DNA of 64,000 nt, from positions 61,814,001-61,878,000 of the forward strand of contig NC_043000.1 in the NCBI RefSeq assembly GCF_006345805.1. The letters run 5' to 3'. Within the stretch, counting starts at the first letter, position 1; the number at the start of each line of letters is the position of its first letter. This document shows positions 37,366 to 50,089 of this stretch, piece after piece. The position numbers and the translations under genes are program-made. A model generated the notes under the pieces. The model was not told the DNA's origin, made no database searches, and saw nothing but the letters and a program-made list of their open reading frames with translations. This DNA comes from Octopus sinensis (taxonomy: Eukaryota).

Positions 37366-39348
37366 GTAGTCCAACATGTTATAGCACTATAGTAAATCCG
37401 AGTGGAACTGACTTGCATGCATATGTATAGTCTGTTAAAACCATCTTCAAGAGCAACATATTTAGCAGGAAATGAGACATTCAATACTTTAATTATGCTC
37501 AGCAGTCACACCACCTAATGCATAATTACGTAATTGTAAAACATAATTAAATTAAAATAAATTAATCTGTAAACTATGCCTATCCAAATCACTAGGAATG
37601 TTTCGTTGTGCTAATTAGATATTCGTTACTTGTTTTGATGGAGCGAGGAACATAGAAACAGCAGAAAAAACAACATCGAAGAATTAAAAGGCAAAACCTA
37701 AATATGTGCATTATTAAGAAATCAAATATATAGCCAATGTGTATATCATGCTTACTGCAGGTACACCATTCATACAAAGATTGCTATTTAAATTTAATAT
37801 TGCCTGAATTGCGTATTCGAGATTTTTTTCAACCGAGCAGCTTTTCGCAACATCAGTAGATGTTTCATTCACTGTTTCTTGTATTGCTAAACAGAAAATT
37901 CGCTTTCAGAGATGTGGTTGGTTGCGAGTACACCACACACACACACATATGTATATGCATATGTGTGTGTGTATGTGTGTGTGTTTACGTATAAACACGT
38001 AACATACTGCAAAATGGAAAACAAAGCCTATCAAAGGGAGAATGAACTTATTTAAAGTCAACAGCCATCATATACTGTGTACATAAGTTTGGTCCTGCCA
38101 TGTTTCATGAACAGCTGTAGTTCCTCCGACAATCATCGACGGGTTGACTTTGGTGCAAAATCACACTGGCTGTGCAGAGTGTTGACACGTTTTCAACAAT
38201 GAGCTCAGCACAACGGTTTCGGTCTGTAGAGATACATGAAAATAAGAAAGTAGGCATGGTGCAGTACATTATTGGGAATGCGTGATACTAGTCCTCGTCA
38301 CTCTAGGAGAGGGAAAACTAACATGTGAAACATGCGACTCGATGGCCACCAATGATGTTGATTAGTTTTCCTTTTTGCTGTATGTATCGCTATCCAGAGA
38401 GGATTAAGTTATGTGCAAGGTGTCTCCTCTCTTTAAAAAGTATCATGCACAGGTATCACAGGGCGTACTGGCTTACACTTGAGAAAGAGGAAGCGGCCAT
38501 CACACACATGCACGCACACACACACTCACGCACATTCAAGCATACCTACTAATATAAATATATACGTACACAGACGTGATCTGAGACATATTATATCTGT
38601 AAATGCGTATGTATTTTATGTTCTCTGTTGTTTTCAATGATTTAAATTCTTCTCCCGAAAAAGGAGCTGATTTTTCAAAATATGATTGGAATGTAGATAA
38701 CAAAAGCAATGTCAAATTTTAAGCTTGAGAAAAGTTATGCATGTTTTTACTGTTCCACTTACAGTAATAGTAATGTGCAATTAGTTGATTGAGTTTCGTT
38801 TTGTGAAGACTCTAGCTTCTCCATATTTTCCCTTAGGCAAATACTCACCAATTATTATTGATATAAATGTAAATTTATAATCTGGATACAGAAGCTGGTA
38901 GTTTCAAAGCAGCTGCTTATAGCTGTAACACAAATTTGCTATAATAAAGGAATTATATGTAATGACTATTGTCCTAACTTGTTTATTATAGACCACTCTG
39001 TAAAAACCAGCTTATCTGAAGCCCAACCACGGATTTACAATATAAAATTATGATGAACCATAACATGGGCTCTACCAAAAGATTACTTGGAGTTCTTCAC
39101 TAATCTAAGTAATATTGTTAGCCTGGTGTGCCAACAGACACTGTCTTTCATCATTTCGGGGGTTGATGATATAAGTAATCAGTTCAGTACTGGAGTCGAT
39201 ATATATATAACAAATAGTGAGGGATTATCAGTCCGAGTAAAATACTTCATAAGGTCTCTGATGGCACACCAGGCAAACAATATTACTTAGATTACTGAAG
39301 AACACCAGTATATATATATATATATATAATATATATATATAATATATA

Positions 39349-39402
<54 letters not shown>

Positions 39403-39409
39403 CTTTACT

Positions 39410-39630
39410 ACCACCGAGGGGCTAAACACAGAGGGGACAAACAAGGACAGAGAAAGGGAATAAGTCGATTACATCGACCCCACTGTGTAACTGGTACTTA
39501 ATTTATCGACCCCGAAAGGATGAAAGGTAAAGTCGACCTCAGCGGAATTTGAACTTGGAACGTAACGACAGACGAAATACGGCTACGCATTTTGCCAGGG
39601 GTGCTAACGTTTCTGCCAGCTCACCGCCTT
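39410..39630 (-). mobile_element. SINE family B copy (young)
   Basis: taagtcgattacatcgaccccactgtgtaactggtacttaatttatcgaccccgaaaggatgaaaggtaaagtcgacctcagcggaatttgaac. Confidence 0.92.
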
Positions 39631-39643
39631 TATATATATATAT

Positions 39644-40051
39644 AGGCGCAGGAGTGGCTGTGTGGTAAGTAGCTTGCTAACCAACCACATGGTTCCGGGT
39701 TCAGTCCCACTGCGTGGCATCTTGGGCAAGTATCTTCTGCTATAGCCCCGAGCCGACCAATGCCTTGTGAGTGGATTTGGTAGACGGAAACTGAAAGAAG
39801 CCTGTCGTATATATGTATATATATGTATGTGTGTGTGTGTGTTTGTGTGTCTGTGTTTGTCCCCCTAGCATTGCTTGACAACCGATGCTGGTGTGTTTAC
39901 GTCCCCGTCACCTAGCGGTTCGGCAAAAGAGACCGATAGAATAAGTACTGGGCTTACAAAGAATAAGTCCCGGGGTCGATTTGCTCGACTAAAAGTGGTG
40001 CTCCAGCATGGCCGCAGTCAAATGACTGAAACAAGTAAAAGAGTAAAAGAG
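39644..40051 (+). mobile_element. tRNA-derived SINE family A copy (full length, young)
   Basis: ggcgcaggagtggctgtgtggtaagtagcttgctaaccaaccacatggttccgggttcagtccc (A/B-box-like head)...aagtaaaagagtaaaagag tail. Confidence 0.95.
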
Positions 40052-40329
40052 TATATGTATATACTTATTTATTGCCAAATATATGTTTTTATTATTATTT
40101 TGTAATTTACTTAATAATCGGTATATTATTGTTATTTAATTTTTAATATTTCTATTATATGTAATTTTCTATATGGTGTAATTTAATTGTTCATTTTGAA
40201 TTGATGAAAGGTGTTTTTTTTCTAATTTATATATATATATATAATATATATATTATATTTTGTGAATTTTGATTTAGCATTTCTAAATTGAATTTTTCCC
40301 TGTAAGTTAGGAATAACATTCCCTCAAAT

Positions 40330-40332
40330 AAT

Positions 40333-40409
<77 letters not shown>

Positions 40410-40670
40410 TACATATATATATATATACATATACATATATATATATATACACTATTATATATATGTATACATTATATATATACTTGTTATATATATATAT
40501 ATATAATATATATATATTATATATATATATATATACATATATATATACAATATATATATACATATATTGTATATATATATGTGTATATATATACACAAAA
40601 ACACTTATATATATATATACATATATATGTGTGTACATATATACATACATATATAATACATACATACATA

Positions 40671-40710
<40 letters not shown>

Positions 40711-40728
40711 TATATATATATAATTATA
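40330..40728. repeat. Long interrupted (TA)n array
   Basis: Directly visible. Confidence 0.95.
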
Positions 40729-41247
40729 TAGAAATATTAAAATAACTAAGTCTCTCTAAAAGAGAACAGCGGCAGCGTTCCCGGAAAATAATAGTTATCG
40801 CCATACTAATATGGCATTCTTATAAAAATAAGAAAAAGCTGTCCGCTTATTAGCTCCATGAGGCCATCGCCTTAAGTTAGCTATTTGATACACAAACTGT
40901 ATCCATATAACCTTCGAACAAGGGAGGTCAGTCGCTCCACACTACTTGACCGGCAGCTACAGACGCGTTTCGGGGTATTGCCCCTTTTCAATGCAGCGTA
41001 GCCAGCCAGTAGGTGTCGCTTCCGACAATCTCTGTTCGACGGTTTTATTTACCTAGTTTCGGTGGAATACATCCACTTGTTTTCAATAATAGAAATATTA
41101 AAATAACTAAGTCTCTCTAAAAGTTATATGGACACAGTTTGTGTATCAAATAGCTAACTTAAGGCGATGGCCTCATGGAGCTAATAAGCGGACAGCTTTT
41201 TTCTTATTTTTATAAGAATGCCATATTAGTATGGCGATAACTATTAT
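40729..41247 (-). mobile_element. Penelope pLTR/retrozyme-like unit: 361-bp monomer, direct repeat, inverted segment and hammerhead motif
   Basis: 34-bp exact direct repeat at 40729-40762 and 41090-41123; 40788-40911 inverted at 41123-41247; hammerhead-like fold on the minus strand at 40955-40997. Confidence 0.7.
40955..40997 (-). ncRNA. Degenerate minimal type I hammerhead ribozyme
   Basis: 5'-gctgca TTGAAAA gggg caata cccc GAAA cgc GTC tgtagc-3': stem I gctgca/tgtagc, stem II gggg/cccc, palindromic ACGCGT stem III, GUC site; the core differs from CUGAAGA by two transitions. Confidence 0.6.
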
Positions 41248-41258
41248 TATATATATAT

Positions 41259-41289
<31 letters not shown>

Positions 41290-42341
41290 GTATATATATA
41301 ATAAATATATATAATATTATATTATATATAATATATATATATATTATATATATATATATTATATATATATATATTTACATCTACTATTTATTGCTTTATT
41401 TAGGCGCACCAGAATCATTATCTCGCCAGAAAAAATTCTTTTGGCGGCATTTCTTCTGGTTTTACGTTATGCTTACAAATTCCGATGAAGTCGACGTTGT
41501 CTTTCATTATTTCGGGGGTTGATGATATAAGTAATCAGTTTAGCACTGAAGTCGATAAAATCGATTATCTCCATCCCGACAAAATTCCGTGCTCTGTGCG
41601 TATAGTAAACAAGAATTTGTAGCTTTATGTTTATATTTCAAGTTATTCCAAAAAGAATTGCTTCACCTTCATTCGAAGATATATAATATTCTTATGACAC
41701 CAACAAAACACACAGACGCGGGCGCTCTCCACATACACGTAAATACACATGCATGCACACTTACGCCAACACGCACATAAACACACACACACAAAGGTAC
41801 ACACACAGAGATATATATACACACACATACATATATTTCAAGACATGTATATACGTGCGTGTGCACACATTTATGCATTTTGTTTTCGTCTAAAACTTCA
41901 TATTATTAAGGTAAGTGCTGCCAGGCACTTTGTTATGAGCCAACAGCTAATTGTAGCTTCTCTACAACTTTAGTCTCTTTTGTTTATCTATCAATTTCTT
42001 CATATAATCGCAGTAAAGACCGTAATTCACTGTACAGCCTAGTGAAAATTCCAACACGTCACAAGTTAAAAAGAAATGAAATGACATTTACAGGCTAATT
42101 TTAATCATTTTAAAAATATTACCAGTTGTATTTCTTACGGATGAATTTAGGAATTTAATCATTCCATATCATTTGGCGTGCCTTTTGCTAGTATTTGGTC
42201 GACTTGAATGTCATCAGTTTGAAGTGACACTTGATCGACCTTCAAAAGTGTGTGTGTGTATGCTACTTAGATACTGTTAAACGAAATGAAATATATTGAG
42301 GAAAATTTGACTAAGATTTTCGAATGTTTGGCAGATACTCT

Positions 42342-42554
42342 TTACTCTTTTACTCATTTACTTGTTTCAGTCCTTTGACTGCGGCCGTGCTGGAGTACCG
42401 CCTTTAGTCGATTAAATCGACTCCGGGACTTATTCTTTGTAAGCCCAGTACTTATTCTATCGGTCTGTTTTGCCGAACCGCTAAGTGACGGGACGTAAAC
42501 ACACCAGCATCGTTGTCAAGCAATGCTAGGGGACAAACACAGACACACAAATAC

Positions 42555-42650
<96 letters not shown>

Positions 42651-42796
42651 TACGACAGGCTTCTTTCAGTTTCCGTCAACCAAATTCACTCACAAGGCAT
42701 TAGTCGGCCCGAGGCTATAGCAGAAGACACTTGCCCATGATGCAACGCAGTGGGACTGAACCCGGAACCGAGCTACTTACCACACAGCCACTCCTG
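42342..42796 (-). mobile_element. tRNA-derived SINE family A copy (young)
   Basis: Reverse complement closely follows 39644-40051. Confidence 0.93.
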
Positions 42797-43226
42797 TATG
42801 AAATTTCATAAAAAAGTGTTTCCTGAATTTGTGAGTCATTATTTAATTGCGGAATCATTCAACCATATCGTTATTAAACTTCGGATAATAATTGAACGTG
42901 AGTAGGAGAATGAAAACATATTTGTAGACAGGCTCAGTAACATGGTTACTGAATTCTGAGCAGAAGAAATGTCCCCCTATCAAAGATCGTATTAAATTTT
43001 CAGTATCAGATAAACGACTAAATTTATTTGCGGCCTCTAACTTCGTTACCACGAAGAATCCATTATTTGACAAAAACCCTGGTTTATTGCTTACCCTTCT
43101 TCGTGAATATAACATCAATGCACGCATACAAACTTACAGAAGCACATGCATACATAAATGCCTACACGCACGCGCGTGAATAAGCATGTGGTTAGGCATC
43201 TATCTATCTATCCATCTATCTATCAA

Positions 43227-43400
43227 TAGGGCGCGTAAGATATTTGGGGACAGATTTATGTTTATAAAAAAAACAGATATATAATTACAGATAATATCTT
43301 TATTTATCAAAACTGCTATGAGCATAAACATAAACCTTCTTTTTTCTAATTTTATTCAATAAAGCCACCTTTAGCTTCAACAAATGCTTCTATATGAGAT
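43227..43400 (-). mobile_element. Tc1/mariner 3' end (transposase C-terminus and TIR), interrupted by a Helitron
   Basis: Minus frame ...SHIEAFVEAKGGFIE*; terminal tagggcgcgtaagatatttggggaca resembles the TIR at 49011. Confidence 0.7.
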
Positions 43401-43401
43401 A

Positions 43402-44400
43402 CTAGCAGAGACACTCGGCGTTGCTCGGGATGGCATAGTTTGTATATATTACAGTTATGTTGAAACATATGATATGGGGAAGTGCAGCATTGACAACAAA
43501 TCATTTGTGGAGTAAATGATGGACTAATTCGACTAAGCAACCACCTATGCGTCCGTTTGGAGTACTTCAGGTCCTAACCTGTGGGGGTTATGTTATTTTT
43601 GAACGCACCGAAAAGCTGTCAGTCGATATACTCTATTTTGCAGCAGTCGCGCAGTCTAACACGATCCATCATCTGAAATGTTGACACCTCCTTCGGGTTT
43701 GTTATCCTACATCACTCATAAAGTAAATTTGGAGGAACTGTGGTTGTTCATTTGTGGGTAACAGGGAACCAAAGAGGTGATAGACTTGCCTTTGAACTTT
43801 GACGTCATCGTAAATTCATGTTTATCTATCTTCTTAGATGCACCAAACGATGTCATTTGCAGAGTTTTATTGTCTGATGTTGTTCAGAAGATCATTTGAC
43901 AGGATGGAAATGCCTTCTAGAAGATCCATAAGAGGTTGAGAAGGATCTGGTAATGCTGGTAATGTTTCCTGACCACCTGAGCAGCACATACCTTTTGTTT
44001 CATATGAAAATCTTAAAACTCTACAGAAAAGACAATTTGTGTTTAGTACACCAATTTGGACAGTTATTATTTTTATAAGAATGGGATGGATCATATCTGA
44101 AAACAGTTTCAGGAGTTGTGAAGAACGAATTTTTACGTAGTCTGTACACATACACGTACGCACACAAACACGCACGCACACACACACATCGTCAATAATT
44201 CCTATTTCCGAAAAAGAAGCACACTCTAGAGCATTACAGTAGTAATGCATCTTTTAGTAAGTTAAAATTTATGACCAATCATTGAGTGACCATTGGTCTT
44301 ATACCGAGAATACGCTTCACCTATACTGCTAAGCGCTTTCTAGGTGCAGAAACCAATGGTCACTCTATGACTAGAGACAACGTTTAACTTCCCACTATAT
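43402..44400 (-). mobile_element. Helitron deletion derivative with Rep N-terminal fragment
   Basis: Minus strand: FSYETKGMCCSGGQETLPALPDPSQPLMDLL...LLNNIRQ, then QMTSFGASKK...KVQRQVYHL (Helitron Rep N-terminal motifs); 3' end cccgagcaacgccgagtgtctctgCTAG|T at 43402. 5' boundary approximate. Confidence 0.85.
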
Positions 44401-44749
44401 GCGCGTGTATGTGTGTGCGTATATATATATGTAGTGCACACACTACATATATTCATATGTGTTGTATGTTTGTGTCAGTGCATGAACATGTGTATGCATT
44501 TTTACATATGCTATTATGTACTATGACTTCCTACGCAAGCGTTTAAATGTATTTTTGCACTAGACATTTGAAATATCTATAACAATAAGAAACATCTAAT
44601 TGTAATTATACATAATAATTAGAATTCACTTTCTATATAAAGCTCTCGTTTCTCTGTTTTTTTTCGTTGTTAAAAAAAAAGTTCGTTTCTATGTATGTAT
44701 ATATGCAAATATTTATATATTATTTATATTATTGTATTATTTATATTAT

Positions 44750-45075
44750 GTGAAGGTGTATGGCTCAGTGGTTAGAGCGTCGAGCTTACGATCGTGAGGT
44801 TGTGAGCTCGAATTCGGGACCGGGCTGAGTGTTGTGTTCATAAGCAAGACACTTTATTTCACGTTGCTCCAGTTCACTCAGTTGCGACGTCACTGTGCCA
44901 AGCTGTATCGGTGCTTTCCTTTCCCTTGGATAACACTGGTGGCGTGGAGAGGGGAGGCCGGTATGCATGGGCGACTGGTGGTCTTCCATAAACAACCTTG
45001 CCCGGACTTGTGCCTGGGATGGTAACTTTCTAGGTGCACTCCCATGGTCTGTGTCGTGACCGAAGTGGGTCTCAG
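44750..45075 (+). mobile_element. tRNA-derived SINE family C copy
   Basis: tggctcagtggttagagcg (A box)...gtgagctcgaattc (B-box-like)...gttgtgttcataagcaagacactttatttcacgttgctccagttcactcag. Confidence 0.88.
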
Positions 45076-45708
45076 AATTTATATTATTATATTTATATAT
45101 ATATCTATATAGGTAATTTTAAGCGTAGTATATCCGAGTGTTTAAAAAGTTTGCCTCACTACCATAGGGTCTCGTTGGACCTAATGCATAGAATCTTCGA
45201 TGTGTTATTTTCAGTAATATCGACTCATACCTTGTGAATTATACTGGATAGACGGAAACTCTGGAGGTGCTTGTCAAGTGTAGTGTACCAGCGATTCAGA
45301 AGAAAAAGCATTGTCACTCACATCGTGTCACGCTGAGAATTATATTAAGAGTACACATGACTGTTGACTTCTCAGCCATTTATACGTTCAGTGGCAGACA
45401 ATTTCTGTTGATCGTGTTGAATCTTCAGCGTCAGGCGGCGAGTACGAACACGGCCGCCATCATCATAACATTTGCATATCTCTCCTTCTATTGCTCTTCC
45501 TCTGTCTAGTACTCTTTAATTTTCATACATACATACACACATACACACATACATGCATGCATACATACATGCATGCATACATACATGCATTCATGCGTAC
45601 GTACATACATAGTACATACACACACACATACATACATACATACATACATACATACATACATACATACATACATACATACATACATACATACATTCATACA
45701 TACATACA

Positions 45709-47340
45709 TATGAAAAGCAGGGTAACTATAAACCAGACTAGTAACATCGCCACCAATGATATGACTGTTTTCCCTATATCTGACGAGAAATTTTACAGGT
45801 ATCTAGGGGTGGTCGAAAACATATCTTACAATAGCACCTGTAATAAATCACGTATCACTAAAGAATATTACGGCCGAATAAGGAAAATTTGGACCTCAGA
45901 ACTTTGTACATTCAATAAAACAGAGGCCCACAATGTGTTTGCAGTGTAAGTACTCATACCAATACTTGGGCAGCTTGATTGGACGCTTGATGAGATGCGA
46001 GCCATTGACGTGTAAACCCGAAAAATACTAACAAGCACACATAATTTTCACATAAACAGTGACATAGACTGCCTCTACCTAAAACGAAAACAAGGCAGCA
46101 GATGCTGAACATCGATCCAAAATACCTTTGAATGTCGTATCGTATCTCTTCGGCAATATCGTTTAACCACCAAGTGTTGAAGTGCATAACTTGACCAAGT
46201 TTGCATACATGAAGGTGATAACATCATAAGGTTCGAAAGGCAGCTCATTGAGCAACAATCTTTGTCGTATCACCTAGAATATATGCCCAAAGAAGTCGCA
46301 CGACTCTACCACTGCAACGTATCATCAGATGGAGGGATGAGCGTATGTGAGTTGAAGACTATGCATGGATATGTTTGTAGAAAACTTCGAGATGATAGTA
46401 ACGCTGATCATCAAAGCAGTTTTTTATGAACCAATAGCCAGAGTACTACCTCCCACTTTGAAGCATATCTTTGCAATCCATGAACAATATCAGCCAAGTA
46501 CCTGATGCACAAAATGGATAGAGATGCAGGAAAAGCAGTAAAATGTGACAACCGATGCAGACTTTATGGAGTAAACACAGAAGATATCACCTACATTATA
46601 AGCAGTTGTCCGAAAATTTCATCACGATATTATCTTCCGATGAAACATAATGTAGCCAGGACACTCTATAATGAAATCCGTCAGAAAGATAATCCCTGAG
46701 GACAAAGAAATAAGAACCTACAGCATGGGATAAGCCATAGCCACTCGCCACTCATAGTAACAAGGAGTACTGGTGGAATGTCAGAGTGAAGACCTCAATA
46801 AAATATGAGGACAGCAGACCTGATATAATGATTTGAGATAGAGAACAGAAACTGTGTACAGTTGTGAATATTAGCTGCCCATCGGATGTTAACATAAAGC
46901 TGAAGATCTGTGAAAAAAAAAGGGTACCTACGCTGAACAATTGAGAAATCTGCTGTTACTCTATCAAGATTACAAGTTCAGGTTTATACCTGTAATTATT
47001 GGGGCACTGGGATATGTGATACACTGCCTCAATACCAATCTTGTGAAATTAAACTTCTCAAAACCAGAAAGACTACAGATCCAATCCATCACTGGAACTG
47101 TAAAAATCTGTAAAACTTTCCAGAAGTTTATCATTTAAATATATATGAGCATGACTAGATATGCAAATATCTGTATGGGAATACATACATAAAGCAAAAC
47201 ATATAAATCTGTACACATACATATATTCTAACAAAAATACCCTGTTGTTAATTCCAATGAAGGAGCCTTGAATCTAGGTTCGGAACCGGCTCTTTCTCTA
47301 TTGGCAAAAAATCTTGAAATAAAACTGAACAAATACATAT
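45709..47340 (+). mobile_element. R4/Dong-like element, 3' half (RT C-terminus, CCHC knuckle, RLE, 3' UTR)
   Basis: FYRYLGVVEN...EYYGRIRKIWTSELCTFNKTEAHNVFAV; NFHINSDIDCLYLKRKQG; CDNRCRLYGVNTEDITYIISSCPK...RYYLPMKHN; SRPDIMI; RFIPVIIGALGYV; several stops and frameshifts. Confidence 0.92.
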
Positions 47341-47429
47341 ATACATTATCTTACGGTATAACTTCTTCGGCAATTGATACTTTTTCTTGAAACTAAAGGC
47401 TATCACAGACGGCAGTTGTTTTTCCCACT

Positions 47430-48530
47430 AGTCGATCTTCTCAAAACACTGAGAACCGGCCACAATCTGCTATGCACAGTCAAGGAATTAATAATCTGCG
47501 ACGCCATAGTGGATAGTTAATCACGATCTAAGGAGAAGAATGAACTCACAGCTCACCAATTACATCTTAGGCAAAAAATAAGAAAACTCTTGAACGAGTC
47601 TTCTCAGCATAGCTCTTGAAGAAAAACTAATTACTTTAAAGCACGACCTCAGAACTCTGAGTGAAAACTTGTGCAAAACTATCCGAGAGAGCCATCATAA
47701 ATAACAAGTCAACTTCCAACCCCCAGGCAATCTCCAAGGAGATGAGAAAGAAAAAAATATTATTGTTAAGAAAACTCTTTCCCCAGAAGAACTTAAAACA
47801 TTTTGATCTAACTTCTGGAACAAAACGAGAGACTTCAAACAGAATACGCCATTGCTAAAGACAGTTTGGAGAGAATACTGTAACAGCACCAAGAGTAAAA
47901 CATGTAACAATCGACTCTAAAATTTTCACCATAGCTGTAGGCAAACTATATAGTAAGAAGGGACCTAGAAGAGCCCAAACAGTTGCGTACTGGTACAAGA
48001 GGCTGGCATTATACAGGTAATAACTAAGTATATTCAGAAGAAGGCCAGATTGACATACTCAGTTCACTTGCTAATATACGGCCGAATCTTGTAGCTAAGA
48101 ATGAAACCACAGATTTGGCAGGAAACTACAAGCTTTACATAAAGTGTCTCAAACAGCATCATTATGACTCTAAGAGCATTGTGAGTGATAATTAGACAGG
48201 TGGAAAGAAGGTTGTGTAGGGATTTGCCGAACAAGTTGAGATAACCAAGGTTGTGCAGTCTGAAGTAATGAAAAAGAAACACGTTAGAGCTTTGCGACAG
48301 TATTGCTTGGTTATTGGAAATAATTCAACTGCTTTCCCCACGCATGGTTGATGATGAAATCACTACAATTGACAAAAATACCTACGACGTTGTTGATGTC
48401 ACTGGCAAGTTCACAAATACCTTAGAGACAATCCTCAAACTTACAACTGAGAGAGGAGCGATCGCTTCCTACGTTATAAATATTTCAAAGAGAATTTGCG
48501 AATGTGATAGTCTTTCAGTATTTTTTTATT
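47430..48530 (+). mobile_element. R4/Dong-like element, 5' half (pre-RT region and early RT motifs)
   Basis: LEEKLITLKHDLRTLSE; KLYSKKGPRRAQTVAYWYKRL (~NWKAPGPD.V..FW.K); FNCFPHAWL (~FDSVPHSW); RICECDSLSVF (~RGIFQGDSLSP). Confidence 0.75.
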
Positions 48531-49010
48531 TTACCATTAAATTCGTTATAATTTCTATTACAAAAATTCAAAAATGATATGACTCCCATGTTTCAGTCAG
48601 CTAGCCTTTATAGAACTAGTAAAAGTACACACACACACATATATATATATATATATGATTTTCGTGAAGGACTGTTTCATGAAGTCACGTATTGTCCTTG
48701 CCTTCGAAAAAAAAAACGGAGTAGATGAAACAGCGACAACTGAAGAAGGGGAATATTCTTTTTGTTGCATGACTCGTTTCTCTGTTTGTTCTTGTTTTTC
48801 GTTGTTCCAAAAAGAGTTCGTTTCTATGTTTTTGCTTTTATGTTTTCGCTTCTCCTTGTGTTCAACGATTTTTTATGTCCTGTTCCCATATATGTATGTA
48901 TATATACATATAATGAAGGTATGTACATATATGCATGTATATATGCATATATTTATATATTATTTATTTTATTATATATATATATATAGATATATAGATA
49001 TATACATACA

Positions 49011-50085
49011 CAAGGTGCGATGGGTAAATTATCACCATTTTATATATTTTTTTATTATTTTACGCATGTACATTGTTTGCTTTTGATTTTGTCGTCTACA
49101 CAGTATAGTAGGGTTAGTTGGGCACCATCTGTCAGGTAAAGAGCAGCATGACGCAATTCCCTCTGCCAGAAAGTTGGAAACTGACAACGATCCCTCTAAG
49201 TCAATCAGGTTCATCGTCAAGAACATGGGACCATCTGAGGTATCAGGAAGGTAGTGCATGAGGACATTCAGTATTCCTCCTACAAGATGAGAAATTTTTA
49301 TCCCAAGCCATCAAGGACAAAAGAAAAGATCACGCTACGAAGCTTTTGAAAAAAATCAAGCATCCCTACCATGCTTTTATTCTTGGATGAGAAAATTTTA
49401 GTGAGGATCAGTTGGTGAGTACACAGAACAACTGTTGGCTTGCTTGTCTCCAAAACATATACTGCGAATGATAAAAATCAAACATCCAATTAACACCATA
49501 GTGTTTGGAGTGATCACTAGTGATGGCGACGTTATACCTCCATTCATCTTCTTACACGGCCTCAGACTTAACACGGAGTCCTACGTTAGGTGCTTGGAGG
49601 AGGTAGCGTAGCTCTACGGTCAAGACGGTGGCAGTTGGAAAACCCTATGTCTGGCAACAGGACTCTGCCCCATGCCACACAAGCAAGAGAGCCCACTCGT
49701 GGCTGCCAGACAATTTCTGCAACCACATCACCCCTAACATCTGGCCACCTAGCTCCCCAGACAATACCCTCCGACTGATTATTATGTGTGTGGGTCATTG
49801 GGGCGACAGTCCAACAAAAATGCTTGTTACACAAAACGATGAACTGATGGCTAGGATTATAGCAGCATTCACCAACTTATACAAGGAGACCACCCAGAAG
49901 AGTTGCTGGAGATTCTGACGTCGTCTAGAGTCCGTGGTTGAAGCCAATGTTGATTTTATTGAATGAATTAACTCTTTAGTATTTCAAGATATTTTTATGT
50001 AATTTTGGTAAATATATCTGTTAAAATGAGATGTGAGTGTAGTTTTTTTTTGCGTAATTTAGAGACAATTTATTCAGCGCTTCTG
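49011..50085 (+). mobile_element. Decayed Tc1/mariner element, DD37D (maT-like)
   Basis: LDEKI (D1), VFGVITSDGDVIPPFIF, WQQDSAPCHTSK (D2), WPPSSPD...DYYV (D3, 37 residues after D2 once a frameshift is repaired), ...ESVVEANVDFIE*; imperfect TIRs caaggtgcgatgggtaaattatc / gacaatttattcagcgcttctg. Confidence 0.92.
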
Positions 50086-50089
50086 TTAG

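Noticed and set aside
39644-39720. tRNA-like sequences at SINE heads (also 44760-44825)
   Set aside because: No complete cloverleaf; they continue into SINE bodies.
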